Source: Lytechinus pictus (Eukaryota). Taken from it: 64,000 nt of DNA. Each line of letters opens with the position of its first letter. Position 1 is the first letter of the stretch. The notes under the pieces are model-generated. The model saw only the letters and a program-made list of their open reading frames with translations. It did no database searches and was not told where the DNA came from. Positions 11,021 to 25,680 of the stretch are shown here, in pieces. The position numbers and the translations under genes were made by a program. The stretch lies in NCBI RefSeq assembly GCF_037042905.1, contig NC_087245.1, forward strand, positions 5,954,001 to 6,018,000, written 5' to 3'.

Positions 11021-14000
11021 TTTCTTTTCTTTGTACGCTTTAGCTTTCGATCTCGGTATGCTTGCACTGTTTATGCTTCCATGTATCCACTATCAGACAG
11101 CAGATACCCCTGTGAAATGGAGTGACCATATACGTAGCCCCTCATTAGTAATGCAACATACCTCATCTAGTTCTTTTTGCAAGAAAAGACAGATACTTTG
11201 GTCACAAAGTTAGAGTTGAAGGTGACATTGGTTGATATTTGGGGGAATATGGAGTCATTATAAGTATTGTGTTGAAGACTGAACAATATTATGTAGATAA
11301 TAGAAGTAATTATGATGTTCGGATTCGTATAAAAAACTTGTAAAAGACGTTTGACTTCTAATGACTTAATAATGAGGGTGATAAATCTAAGTAAATAAAA
11401 TGTTCGGAGCTAGCAGCAGACCCTCTAGACCCCCATAGCCCTTGTATACAGAGGTACATGTACATCGATGTGGTTTTAAGCCTTAAGAAATTCGTCTGAC
11501 TGTGATGAATATAACACTACTTAAAGTCTTTCCTCACCATGTTCTATTGTCTTATTTGTTTGTTAACGATAAACATAGCACTCTTTACACATCAAAAAGC
11601 TTCGAAAGAATCTTGCCCGTGAAGTCTCGAATGTGGACTTATAATTGAGACAATGTGGTTGAAACCAACTCGACTGGATCCTACAGTCTGTTATTCGGTT
11701 GACAAGTGAGCCAAACAGCACGATTTAGGAAATAAAAATTATTTGCATGAGCACAAAATGAAATGAATTTCAGGATACCTTGATGTGCGCTTATCTTAGA
11801 AAAGTACACTTTAGCAAGGAAGTTAAATCACCAGTTTTTATTCATATTGTCATTGTCATATAGCATATTAAATTATGGAATATCATTACTCCAGTTTGAA
11901 TTATAGAGCAAAAACTACAAATAAAGTACTGCCATCCGTGGAAATCTTTTTTTTTCTCCAAATAAACTATAAACGCATCCCCACGAAACACATATCTTTA
12001 AATTTTTACATTTTCTTTATAATATAATAGACTCTTTTAAGATATACATGTAGGTTGTGCATGACATTTTCCTTGAATTGTATGGAGTGTGATGCTTCCG
12101 GTGTAACCCTTGCTTCACAGGTATATTCGATTCGTGTTCTCATAATTAATGAATGGTATCTTTCTTCAATTAAATACATGTACTACACATAATATACATA
12201 GTTTTTGACAAAATTAATTGACACGGTTAAGGGAACCCGGAGAAGCTAAATGACAAAGCAAAACGTATATTTTTTGGTTCAATATGTACAATTATATACC
12301 AATTGAAATAATGGCGCATTAGTCCGAACCGATGGGAAATGCCACATAATTTTATATGAAATTCCATGGAAAGCCTAATTACAACGTAGCAGGTAGAAAT
12401 GCAGTATTTTCTCCAAATATACCTTTACATTTTTAGACTAAAATTCCGAATGATTGTTATTGACTAACTTCATGTAAGTTAATATTGTTCATATTCCAAA
12501 TAGGAGGCACCACTCTTTCTTTTCTTTTGATTTACACTTCATTTAGTATTTCCAACCGCAATATAAGAACAAACAACCCTTATTCGCATGGTAATCGTGA
12601 AGCAGACAAAAGCATATCTCGTGACGTCAACAGCTGAATGCATATTTCCTAATAGTCCTTTCACACAATCATACCACAAACCAACGTCAGCCACACCCAC
12701 GGTACATTCTTCAGAAAAAGCTTTCCCTTTTGTTTCATTTACTGACAAGAATTTTCTTAAAAAGCTCTGTTTTTTACATTTCTTACGAAATTAAGAGTAT
12801 GAAAAATGATGAATTATGATTATTGAAGCTGGCCGATATTCCGACGATATGACTAAGGATGTTTCTTGTTTTATTCATAAACAAATAATTTTTGTCGATA
12901 TCTTCGTCATATTTACAACTGCATGCTAATATACATTATGTACATAATATGCAATCTAAAAATTGATGTATTCATATTTTAGGGATTTCGTGAGAAGACC
13001 TTTTACATATAGGCCCTAACTAACTTGACATATTCTCATTGATCTCAAGAATAGTCGGGGTAGTGTATTCGTTCCTCTCTAATTATTTACTATTACCGTA
13101 TGATAAAGTTCAAATTAATCATTTTTATAGCTATTGATTATATTGCGAGGGAAATAATTTCAAACTGATACAAAATAGGACATTTATACATGTATATCAT
13201 TTTCACGATGGATAAGAGTTTTCGATTACTAACGGTCTAAAATGATATGGAGATCATGTATAAATTAAAATCGACTGTCTTTAACACGGGAAACCAGCAA
13301 ATTCATCTTTTATTTATTTATTCATTATTTTTTGTTAATTTCTTTTTATAATTTGTCTATCTATTTTATTCATTTATTCTATTTTTCTTATTATTATTAT
13401 CTTTGGGGGGATGTTATCTCGGAGGCAGTATAATTACGATTACATGTATTCACCGAATATAATTATGCACGCATTTGATTAATGATATCCATTATAATAT
13501 ATCAAGTGCAAACGTTTTTCGTATTGATAATTGTTGTTTTGTGGTTTAACCATTAAAAAAGCACAATATTCACTGTATGTAAAGAACAAAATCAGCCAGT
13601 CATGAAGATAACATGATAATAAAATCCGGGCGACCCTCGTCACGCCTCACAAAGTTGCAACGTCATCATCAATACCCCCCCCCCCCCCCTCCGAGTGGTC
13701 TCTATGCTTTCTAATAGTTTATGATTGGAAATAATTCCAAAACGAAATGGTCTTTGTTGAACTATTGATACCCGTTTTCATGTACCTGGGATACACAGTA
13801 TTACCATCGAAAGAACAGGAAAACATGATAATTATTTCAATTTGTCCATGAGTTTGAATTCGTACATCATACCCCTTTCACTTAAGGGTAGTTCGAAAGA
13901 AATGCAAAATGTGATTTTGTGTAGGCCTATTATAATTAGTTTCTTGATTTCAAAACCATTCTCATTTTAAAAAATGAAATAAAACTACTAAGTACTGTCG

Positions 14001-15633
14001 ACTGAAGTTCTATCTAAAATTCAAAATAATCTTATTCAGTCAGATTATTTTTCAATGCACTGCAGATTGTCATTTCACCAAACATAAGGAAAATGAAGAT
14101 TGTCAAGACTCAATAATGCAAGGCGATTAAAAAGTACCAGTATACAGACAACTTCAAATATTTAGTAAGGGCTCTTATTCTGAACATTCGTTTGTTTAAA
14201 GTTTAGATAGTACCTTCTCGTTATCTAAAAAAAAGTACTGTATGGAAAGTTGCTGGAGCTTAATAATGTTACATAACTTAGTTCTCGTAAGGGTGTAATA
14301 AAACTTCATAAACCCGTCTTTATGATGTATTACGTTGAAAAAAGAGAAATGTACCGGTATAAGTATGCGCCATCAAGTAGACAGTCAACAACCTAATTTT
14401 CATGTATCCAAAAAGCGGGTATATCATAAATAATGCTGTAACAGGAATTCAGAGGATTAAAATCTATCCGGTCACCCGTATATAAGTAATTACATATTTC
14501 ATACAATAATTTATGTTCTTGCAACTGTTTATACTTACCCATTTACATAGACATTGAATACTAACACTATACCAAATATAAAAAAGAGCAGGTACAGCAT
14601 CAGTTTGACAGTAAAGACGCAAAGACAAAATCGTGTCTACTGATTAAAATATGAAATGTTGACAAATTATGGAAGTGTTATTTTCATTCTTTATGTATAT
14701 TATGCTTGGTACATTGTAGGAAGCATCCTCTTTTCTAACCTATCTCTATCTTTAAGCGGAAAACATGTAGAGGCTATATATGAGTGCTATGCATTTAACA
14801 AATAAAGTTTATTATTTTTTTTTTATTAGAAGAAATGAATAACGGTATCCACGTTTTGTATGCAACGTCCTTATAACGTTTTTAATACACTTATCTTTCA
14901 ACGGACGGACCTCTTGATTCACTCACGTTTTAACTACTACGATATTTATCTGTTTTAATGCAGTCTAACTACAACTACACTTGTATTGTATTTTACACTT
15001 TTTCTCTTTAGAGTTCCAAGCAGTCACCAACCTAGTGACCATTTCAAAATCAACACAGTACTAAAAAAAGACGTCAAAATTCTTTGAAATTGTTAACACT
15101 CTTGTAAAATTGAGTTGATTTTGCATAATTATGATCGACGTAAATTTGAAAGGAAAAATTAAGCCTTGGCCCATTTTCTTTTACACAAAAGAGATAAAAC
15201 TACGACAGGTCAATTGGACTAGCAGCCATGGCGGATGATTACAAATGAGACAAAAATGCATGGAAAAGTGGATGCTACCCGCTAATCTATTCAAATCTGA
15301 ACAATATAGGTTGACAGCCTGTAAAGAACGCTACATAGTGAAATCGCTAAACTACAATCCATTAATTGTTTTGAAACCAATTAACGTTATAAATCCATCC
15401 CCATAAAGCATATCAAGTGTTCTGATATATCACACATCACACATAAAAAACAACAATCGAATACTGTATGGAGTTGGGCGAATTCGATACAAATTACTTG
15501 TTCTAAAAAATAACACGTTAAAAGCGAAGCACCCCTCGAAAAAACTACAAATAATTATATTTCTCATTTAATATAAATTCACATATCGCAGAAAGCATTG
15601 CGACATGACGTAATGCAAATGCTCCATGCATGC

Positions 15634-15800
15634 CATGAGGGTAATTATGATTGTGTCCAACCAACATTGGGCATTTCTTTTGGGCATATTTATTTATCCA
15701 GTGTGATGAAAATTTTGCTCATTATAAAGTAACTCCTGCTTATTTCCCATTTTGATATAAATACTGCAACAAAATGGTTGGACACATAATTACCCCCGTG
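15634..15800. repeat. Palindromic MITE remnant
   Basis: gggtaattatgattgtgtccaacca at the left is inverted relative to tggttggacacataattaccc at the right. Confidence 0.6.
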
Positions 15801-15972
15801 CTGATTAAAATTTTACCCAACATCTATTACAGCCAGTGTGTATTTCACAACATTTTGAATATACTATTTGATAAAATTCTGGTGTATGGCTAATTTTCCA
15901 AAGTGGTCATGGAGGATCAATGAAACAGTGTGGTATTTAAGTGTTATCTTCAGTGCATAGATTAATAAACTT

Positions 15973-15975
<3 letters not shown>

Positions 15976-16019
<44 letters not shown>

Positions 16020-16077
16020 GCGAAAATTTGATCAACTTTTCTCTCTATGGTTGTTTTATTCATCTCGTATTTTGCTT

Positions 16078-16125
<48 letters not shown>

Positions 16126-16140
16126 TATGTATGTATGTAT
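15976..16140. repeat. (TA)n and (TATG)n microsatellites
   Basis: Read directly. Other simple repeats: (GAT)n 10500-10560, (CT)n(CA)n 10986-11020, (GT)n 18637-18658, (TCT)n 20264-20343, (ATR)n 23095-23240, (CAT)n 34684-34750, (TA)n 36599-36630. Confidence 0.95.
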
Positions 16141-19100
16141 AGTGTACATGTATTTCTGATGGCGCTGTAGTTCTTTATGTATCCATAATTTCTCTCAATA
16201 TAAAGTATAGGAAATAAATCTAATAGTATAAATTAGACAGTCTGAAGAAAAATTCTGAGCAAACTAAGCCCATTTCAATTACTACAATCTTAACGACTTA
16301 AATTTGTATCAACAATGAACCTTTAACATGTTCATTTGATATGAATTATAATCAGTCATGACAACTAGTAATGGAATTAATATTTCAAGACATTGAAGAA
16401 TTATTAGGATTTTAGCATGTACCATGATAGACATATCTAAATTAATATTGCCTTGTTAACTACATCTTATCATTCGGTAACTACCTAATGATCTGAAACT
16501 GCCCTAAATCAATATGAATGAATATTTATTTTTGAATAAGAATGAATAAATAGATACAATACTTATGTGAACAAATTTGTTGTTGTTAACGAAGGTAAAA
16601 AATTGGAGAGGCTCTAACATTTGGCCACTAAATGCTTAGAAACTATTGGACAAGAATGTCATACATATTAAAATTTTGATCTTAACGATAGAACTTTGAT
16701 GAAAGATATACCTGGATCTTCGGTAATGGTAATATGGTAATAATATAACGATTGCAAGGATTTAACTAGATTATTCTAAGTTAACCTGGCTCGCGAGCTC
16801 TCTTCTCTCCTGTATATCTTTTACGTCATGTCATATCTAACCAATATTGTATCTCTGTCAAATCTCTCCATTTACGAGAATTAATTAAAATAAATGTTTG
16901 TTAATAAACTGGTTATGATAATTCATTTAATACACATCATGTCTGCAAGCACTAAATTTGACGGAATAAGGCCAAGCACGTATTCTGGTATGTATCCATA
17001 TTCATTTGCTAAATACATCAGAAAACTATATGATATCTTCGATATGACTTCATAAACTTTTTAAATATTTTCTTTCTCAACTTTAGAATGTTATTCTTGT
17101 ACAAATTAATTTCACAAATCAAATGAATTAATTCCTAACATTATGATTTCACTGTTAAGTATTTCGAATTAATTCAAATGCATCCAAGTTTAATTTCATC
17201 TTCGAAATAGGCTGCAGAGCGCATGGAAGATGATAGCGGAAGAAGAAAAATAGCAAGAGCAACGGCACATTTTCTTGGCTTAAAAGAAACAATGCACTAA
17301 GTCTACCATTAAAAGGTTTGTATTGGAGCTGGAACAAAAGGAGAAGAGGAATTCCTACTATCGACAGCAACTGACCCCTAATTACCTTCATTATTACCCC
17401 CAATTAGATTCAGGGGATTAAAAGACTCACGGGGAAAATGAACTGTTTAATAATAATAGGAGAGGGAAAATGAAGGGGGTATGAAGAGATAAGAATATAG
17501 AGAAGCAAAGATCCAGAAAAGAAGTAATGCATTAGAGAAGAGGGAAGTGAGATACTGCAACAAAACCAGAATATATGTAGTTAATGATCATAATACGAAA
17601 AAGGGAGCAATGATGACGACGATAATGGATGGAAATTGTGGTGGCGGTGGCGTTGGTGGTGGTAATGGCGGTGGTGGTGGATGTCGCGGTCGTGATGATG
17701 TCGAAGATGATGATGTAGATGAAAAAGCGGGAAATGGATGAAATAAAAATCGTTTAATCAGTTTTGCTTTCGGTGACACGAATAGTGTTAGTATGGGCAA
17801 TGATAAAAAGTGAACATGACAAACAAACAAGATTTAAATTATTTTTTAAGTGGCTCAACATGTGTAAAACTTTTGACCTACATGTATATACTGTAGGATT
17901 GTCAGTTGTAGAAGCAGTAGCGCATGGGCGTACTGCTAGTTATATTGTATGTTTAGTGAAATACTGAAAATCGATAGTCTATAGGCGTGTAACAGCAATC
18001 TAGAGAAAAAAAATCGATAAAACGTTAGCGTGTGAGTGAGAAAAGATTCGGACTGAAAATTACAAGAAACATGCGAGAACTTACTTTGTAAGAGTATGAG
18101 GCTGAGTATCCCACCCAGAAGGGAGAGTTTTGATATTCCATATATCCCCATTCTGACCATGCTTGCAAACTTTTAACAGTGCATTTCCTTAATATAGTTG
18201 CGCGGGACTGATGACAGATAAATCCGCAAGTCTGATCGATGTTACACAGTTTGTTTTATATCCTTCCAATAAGATAAATGGAGAATTCCTAACGTCGAGT
18301 AACAGTTTTTGTCCAGTCCATATTTATCCTGTAATTGCCAGTGTGGAGAAATAAAAACTGTTATTTGAGTAGAAAGTGATCTCCTTTTTGGCGACTCAGA
18401 CAGACGAAAGACGGCAATGGCAAGTACGTTTTCGTGAAGAAGATCCTGTTATCTCATTCGTGAAGAGAGTATTAAGTTGTTCGGAATCACGCCGATTTTC
18501 TGATCATGCGCACAAGGGGAAGAAAGTCTGCATCATTGGGAATTAACAATAGCAAAGTTATGTTTGAGAAAGGGATTTGGGAGTCACCGTACAAAAATTG
18601 CGGCATATAACTAATCGCAATGGTAAGCCAGCAGGGTGTGTGTGTGTGTGTGTGTGTGCGCGCGCAGTGTGGGATAGGGTGTACATTTGTGTGTGAGGGT
18701 TTTTGCGATGATGTACGTGCATGTCGGCCGAAGAGAAGTACGCCACAGACTTTCGGTGGTGATCTTTTTTCTTAGAGTTATTGAACTATTGCCACTCGTT
18801 TTTTCTGCAATAGAGCGAAAGAGCAGGAGCTATCCCATTTTACGTCTTTTCGGTTTCTTTGTATTTGGACTGAAACATTATTTTGGTAGAGTTCAATCAG
18901 GAAGCGAACCATGTCTTTAAAAGACGGTTTACAATGTTGCTCGATGACGAAATATAATGTTTTATTTAAAAAATATAGGAATTAATTCCCTACTCTGGCC
19001 GTATGCAGATTTTTTTTTCCGAGGGAGGGGGGGGGGGGGAACGCGTAAAATTTTTTGAACAAACTCCAGAGCGAGGGAACGAATCGACCGAGCTTGTCAT

Positions 19101-22100
19101 TTGGGCGCTTTTGCATTTTATGAAGTGATATATATATTTATTTATTTGTTGTGTGTGTGTAATTTTTTTAAACAAATGTTATCCTTTTCTGTTTTCCCAT
19201 CAATTCGAGTCTTTTGGAGTGACTTCCACTAATGTAACCGACTTGAGACCAATCATTGCGGTGCTTTGAGTTATTCAGCACCTTTCGTGGGAGAAAGTGA
19301 GAAATATCTCTCAATAAAAATCGCACAATGATTATCACGGGGTCTTTTTTCCAATTACTGATGACTTAAATAATTATGAAAGCAGTACACCTAAAATTAT
19401 GTTATTCGTGTAGTAATATCTTCAATGTTTTGCACTTCAAATAAGCTGATAGTTGAAGTGACAGCTGTGAGTTTATATTGTTATCGTCAATGTCCGCATT
19501 CTATCAGCTTAAAAACAATTACTTACACAATACTGGTCTGCCTTCCCATTATGATTATATTTTATCCTTTAGAAAAGTTTGGATTAAAAACTTACAGAGG
19601 GCCCAAAGGGGGGGGGGGGGGTCATTCACAACTTTTGTTCAGAAATCACTGTGGTGGGAGAAACTAACTAAATAATAAGGCGTATCAAACGTATAGTATC
19701 AGGACCCTGTAACATAATAAAATTAACCGTTCAATAATTAAACGAACTCATGGATCTTTATTCAACTGGTTACCATCAACTGAAACAAAATCAAGTGTGT
19801 CACTTTAGGGTACATCACCCAGAAAATAGACAAAGCGTTGTCTTATGGTTTGCCTCCAATTATGGAGCATACTTTGTTTGTTCTTAATACCCAAATGAAA
19901 TAATTCATGAGCCGTTGATTATGGTATTGAAAGAGTAAAATTTGCACAATGACGCTCTGGTCATTGAGATCAGTCTTGCATAAAAACCAATGGACATACT
20001 TGCACGACATATTTGTGTAGAGGGGTCAAGGAACCATTGGACGATCCGTATAGCCTCTTTCATTTCCAAAATTCATTTCCTTGAATGTTCATAGAGAGCT
20101 TTCTTTTTTATTCCTAATAAAAATGAATCTTTAGACAGTCTGACAATCTTCTTCTTCAATACCCTTAATCATGCAAAAACAAGAGTAAATTTTAGCCCCT
20201 ATCAATTCTGGAATTACCAGCCATTATATTTTAAATTCCTTCCAAATATTGATAGACTGAACTCCTTCTTCTTCTTCTTCTTCTCCCTCTTCTTTTTCTT
20301 CTCCCTTTTCTTCTTCGTCTTCTTCCTCCTCTTCTTCTTCTTCTGCGGTCGGAGATCTCGGCAATATGCTGAATGACTACTTCATTATCTGGATCATATT
20401 TTCCCCTCAAAATAGATATCTGTTATTATTTTGAATATAATTATTCGAATAGATTAAAGTAATTGATTCATGGCATCTAGGATCTTGTAAAAACTCGTGC
20501 AAAGCGTACATATCTTCCCTCGAATGGAAGTGCTGCCTTTCCAAACCCCCTTCCCTTTACTTCTCGAACTCACTTTGGTTTTATACCTATTAGTCTCTAT
20601 GGTCCCTGACAGAGCTGATGACGATGACGTAGTTTGGTTTGCTCATTAAGATTTGGAAGCTGACTAATAATATATTTAAAAAAAACTAAAAATAGGCCTA
20701 AATGCAAAATACTAAATTATAATTGTTGGTGACCAGTCTCGCATGATATTTCCGTCAATATATATATAAAAAAAGTTTCGTCAGAAGAAAACATAATCGC
20801 ACTGTACCAAAAATAATCGTATGAAATTATTTCCTTCTTCCTTTTCACAAGAACTCTTATTACTTTATTTTGAAAGATTGTTTGTCTGCGCTTCCACGTC
20901 ATACCTGGCTAAAATAATATTTTTTAATTTGTTATCATAATTTTTATATACATGTTCTTTGAACTAGGATACAGTATATAGATTTTATAAATTTTAACAA
21001 ATAATTTTATATATAGATATCGTTACGAATATAGGTGCCTATGACGAAGCAGATGATGCAGTTTTTTCTTCAAATTGACACATCTTTGGTCTCGATGAAA
21101 TACATAAAATATCCGCTATATCACCATATTTTCTGCAATCAAACTTCCACCTCTATGCATTTCTATAATTATACTTCCAAAGGAACTTTTTTGGGGGTAG
21201 TCACCACTCCCTGTTCAGTCACTAATGCACTTTATATCACAAATATTTTCCGTTTACGTTAGGCCTACTTTGTAAACTAACCATCACTTTCTAATTTTAT
21301 CAGGGTTCCTACAAAGGACGAGGGTAGCAGCTTGAACATTTTCCTTAAAATCATGAGCAATTTTGTAAATCGGATGAACTAATTTGTAGTTGGTTTGTGT
21401 ATTTCTAACCAGGTTATTAAAAAATATCAACGTTGAGATGTTTTATGATATGTCTAGTTCCCTGTGGAGGTCAACACATTTTATCTGAATCCCTCTAAAC
21501 CATAATGTCACTGTGATTTGTATTGTATTGTTCTGCCTCAACTCGTGGATAGCGTTGTGTATTCCTTGGCAGCAGGAAACAAATACCAAAAAGAAAAATG
21601 AAATCATGGTATTGCCATTCCAGTCGGGGTATTATTTTGCGTCATACAAAATTATATTTTCATGAATTGTGGTGTTTCATAACTCTTTTGATGAGGATTT
21701 GAACCCCTTCTCTATGCATGATTCATATTTGATTAACTTCAAATTCTGGATCCGCTTTGTGTTTGAGAGATTTCCTGATGTTTTGATAAAGTTTATTAAA
21801 AAATTTTAGAATTCTATTGAGAGTAGCAAACAAATATTTTAGGATTTGTTACTAGGGCGACTCATTATTATCTTATTGAAGATTTTACATGAAATTTAAT
21901 CTGAATATTTTCAGACGATTCGAAGTGACTCGCTTTATCCTTCAAACAGGTTCTATGAACACACACGAATATCACATTCACTGGCGTACAGATGAGTGGG
22001 ATTGGGGGCATGGGCATGACCCCCCCCCCCCCCCATTCACTTCATTCTGAATATGGTATAAAAATCTATACAAAGAATTGTTTTAAAAAGTCAACATTGT

Positions 22101-22415
22101 GGTCGCTCGCTTCGCTCGCAGCTTTTAAGATATTTTGCCCCATACCCAATGTCTGCCCCTCAATTTTTTGTTCAGGTTCATTGCGTTACTTATCACATCC
22201 ATGAAGCAAAAATAATCGAAATCTATTCAAGAAAAATAATAATTCGTTGAATATAAGTGTTACTAGTTAAGCAAAGTTCATGTAGAGGTGGCAACACTGT
22301 TATGTATGGATGAAATAAAAAAGGGAAAGTTTTCCAGCCGCATTAAAGAAGCCCATGTATCCAGGTCCTAATGAGCAGAGACGAGCGCCCTCCGTTTCAT
22401 TGCTCGCCTTCTTAA

Positions 22416-22516
22416 AGCCCCTTTCACAGTCGGTTGTGCGACTGCTTACAACTGTTGCGATTCTGTGCAACATGATATTGTGACCAAATGATCGCACGAG
22501 CAATTGTGAAAGCCCC
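22416..22516. mobile_element. Small MITE flanked by TTAA
   Basis: ttaa|agcccctttcaca...tgtgcga ... tcgcacga...tgtgaaagcccc|ttaa. Confidence 0.6.
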
Positions 22517-23508
22517 TTAAGATGGCTCTCGCTGTGCACGTCTTTTGATATATAAATTGAATAGAGAAAAGCGGTTCACGAATCACCTTTTGTCCAATTT
22601 GAAGCCAACGCCCAAGATCTTTTCGGGTTTTGATTGTCTCGATATTACGTAATAATACATAGGGTTTTTTAAGTTGAGGTATCTACACCGCGTAGTAATT
22701 TGGAAAGGCAATGTTATATACGTGTATTTATGTAAAATACACTACATGAATCCAATATCAAGTCGATATTATTTCGAGAATTATTTCAAAGGAATATCCA
22801 TGAAAATAGTTCTTGATCATTCGTATCTAAATATCTATCAATGTTTTCAAATATTACATGGAATGACCATGGTCCCTACCATGGAATTACATCCGAGTTC
22901 ATATGTTGTCTTTTGAAATTTTATCATAATAGTTTGCCTGATTTTTATAATCTGATTAGGTGTTGACAACGAATTGTTTTGTTCCTTGATTTGAGAAAAA
23001 AAACAATTCCAGAAATAGATCTACATGAGTTTATCTTAATTTTATTCTGTCATTGATCGTTCCCTACTCTTCGATATTGATCATGATATCACGTTGATGA
23101 AGATGATGATGATGATAATAATAGAGTAATGATAATCATCATCATAATCATAATAATGACGATAACAATAATGATAATGATGATAATAGTAATAATAATG
23201 ACTATGATATTGATAATCATGATTATAGTAATGGTAATTGTATCAACAGTAATACTTCTGATATAAATGTTTATAACAAAAACAGGCATAAACACACGTA
23301 TGGCTCAATTTATCTTGGAACGCAAATATCACGGTCTTGACTGTTTGACCAGTTGTCTAGACTGACCACTCAATGATGTAAACAGAATAATGTTCATTTC
23401 CTTTAGGATATATTTATATACAAAATCCATTGACTTTCAACTTCCCTTTTTTTTCACGTAGAACTTTGTTTTTTCAGTCTTCAACTAAAGAGTTACAATC
23501 ATTTTTTT

Positions 23509-24100
23509 GTCTCACCTGCATAGCAGAGTGAGACTATATAGGTGTTGACGTCGGCGGCGGCGTCAACACCAAATCTTAACCGAAGGTTAAGTTTTTGAAA
23601 TGACAGCATAACTTAAAAAATATATGAACCTAGTTCATGAAACTTAGCCATAAGGTTAATCAAGTATTACTGAATATCCTGCTTGAGTTTCAATTCACAT
23701 GATCAAGGTCAAAGATCATTTAGGGTCAATGAACTTAGACCATGTTGGGAGAATCAACATCAAAATCTTAACAAGTTTTTGAAAATGTCATCATAACTTA
23801 GAAAATATATGAACCTAGTTCATGAAACTTGGACATAAGGTTAATCAGGTATTAATGAACATCATGCCTGAGTTTTCGAGTCACATGTCCAAGGTCAAAG
23901 GTCATTTAGGGTCAATGAACTTTGGACAAATTGAGGGTATTTGTTGAATTACCATCACTTTGGCCATGTTGGGGGTATTTGTTGAATTACCATCATAACT
24001 CTGTAAGTGTATTGGTCTAGTTCATAAAACTTGGACATAAGAGTAATCAAGAATCATTGAACATCTCTTGTGAGTTTCAGGTCACATGACCAAAGTCAAA
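23509..24100 (+). mobile_element. pearl/Tsp/Helentron-associated (HINE-like) element with ~190-bp tandem core repeats, 3' end missing
   Basis: Starts after a T-run with gtctcac...gtgagac, then a GC hairpin (23541-23570). About three copies of a core containing cataactt...cctagttcatgaaactt...aaggtcaaag follow. Confidence 0.65.
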
Positions 24101-24522
24101 TTTTTCAATGCAATAATTTTTACATTCATTCATTTTACAACGATTTCAGAAGTTTTTCGCCCAGCCCCAAATAAGACTTTTATTTCAATAAGAAAAAAAA
24201 CCGAACGTGCTGAAATGTCATCGAAATCGAATGTCAAATAAGAAAACATGTTTGCACAAACATTATATGCACTTAATGGGCGGTGAGCAAATGAATGAAC
24301 GGATGATGTCACAGACAGGCATTATTTACTCTAATTATGTCAGTCATAAATCCGGTTTAGTCCCTGGCTAAACGTGGAGGGACTGATATCACACTCACAC
24401 TCCTTCTACTCCACCCTCCTATTCTCCTCCACCACCTCCATCTTCCATCTCGTTTATTTCCATTTCCAAGACTTTTCTCTTACTCCCTCCAACGCTCAGT
24501 CATTAAAAACCAAATCATCCAC

Positions 24523-25680
24523 ACAGTGGTGTAACTACTGGGGAGGGGGGGGGGGGGGCACGTGCCCCCCCCCCTTCCCATCGGCTGGCAAAAAAAAAAC
24601 CGGGGGAAAAGGAGTAAAAGAGGGAGAAAGAAAGAGAAACGTAGCGGGGGAAGAAGAAGTAACTATAATTATATTATATCATATTATATTTATATTATAT
24701 TGGATGGCTCAGAATGGAATACAAGAAATATTCCAATAGTTCGGGAAAATATTTGATTTAACAAGTCATATCACTTATCACATTATGCCATTATCACTTC
24801 ATAGGATCAATTTTGGTCGTTGACATGCGACTGGCATGTAGTTCATCATGACGTCATGGAGCGTAGTTGTGCTCGATGCTGCACATCGCACTGCTTTTTT
24901 TGCATTGTTGTACGCGTTGTGTGATTTCACGCATTCGCGCATAATAAATGATATATAAATATTCGCTATTTGTGTTGTACATCTCGAAATTTAGCGAAAA
25001 TATGAGGAAAAAAAAAATCGAATTTTCCCCTGCATTAATCTATGAAAAAGGAGCAAAAATTATTGAAAGCGAAAATCAAAATCCCACAAGCGCGTAGGTA
25101 TCTAGGGCAGCTGTAGTGCGCAGCTAGCCAACTAAACAGGCCACACGTGTATCACACCTTCTTTTTTTGCTGAGCGCAATGAATTGAATCGTATCGTGAC
25201 GTCACATCCTAAAGCCGTGCAACGGTACATTTCGTAGTTCAGGTAAGTTCAGATAGGTCCTATATTTTGATACAATTTCAAGTCAGAAGTGTTCCCATCT
25301 TACATAACACATAGTACATGCTAATTATCGTCTAATATACAATATTCTTATACATAAATTTCAAATTTCTCTTGTGCGATTATATTATGGTATATTGAAC
25401 TCCTTAGCATTATTATATTATATTATGATATTAATATGTTATGTTATACTATATTACATATATATTTTTTAATAATTTTATGAAACATAATTGGCTTAGG
25501 GCCTATATTTTCATCACTCCTGGTGCTTGTCTGTTTAATGAGATAAATAATCATGTTCAAGAGGATTAAATGGTACAAAAACATCCTGTTTTTAAGTCAA
25601 TATACACCAAATGTATTTCCTCGAGCTTCGAGCTTTTATTATGTTATGTAGTAACATATGCTTCTTTTTCGTGACTTCTT
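24523..25680. mobile_element. Truncated copy of the ~1.2-kb hAT-like element, interrupted at ~24700-25380 and cut by a LINE
   Basis: Begins cagtggtgtaactac...ggcacgtgcccc and is collinear with 47042-47420 on both sides of the insertion. Confidence 0.7.

Noticed and set aside
18400..18546. 48-codon open segment after an AG on the + strand
   Set aside because: No partner exons or recognisable similarity were found, and the length is within chance expectation.
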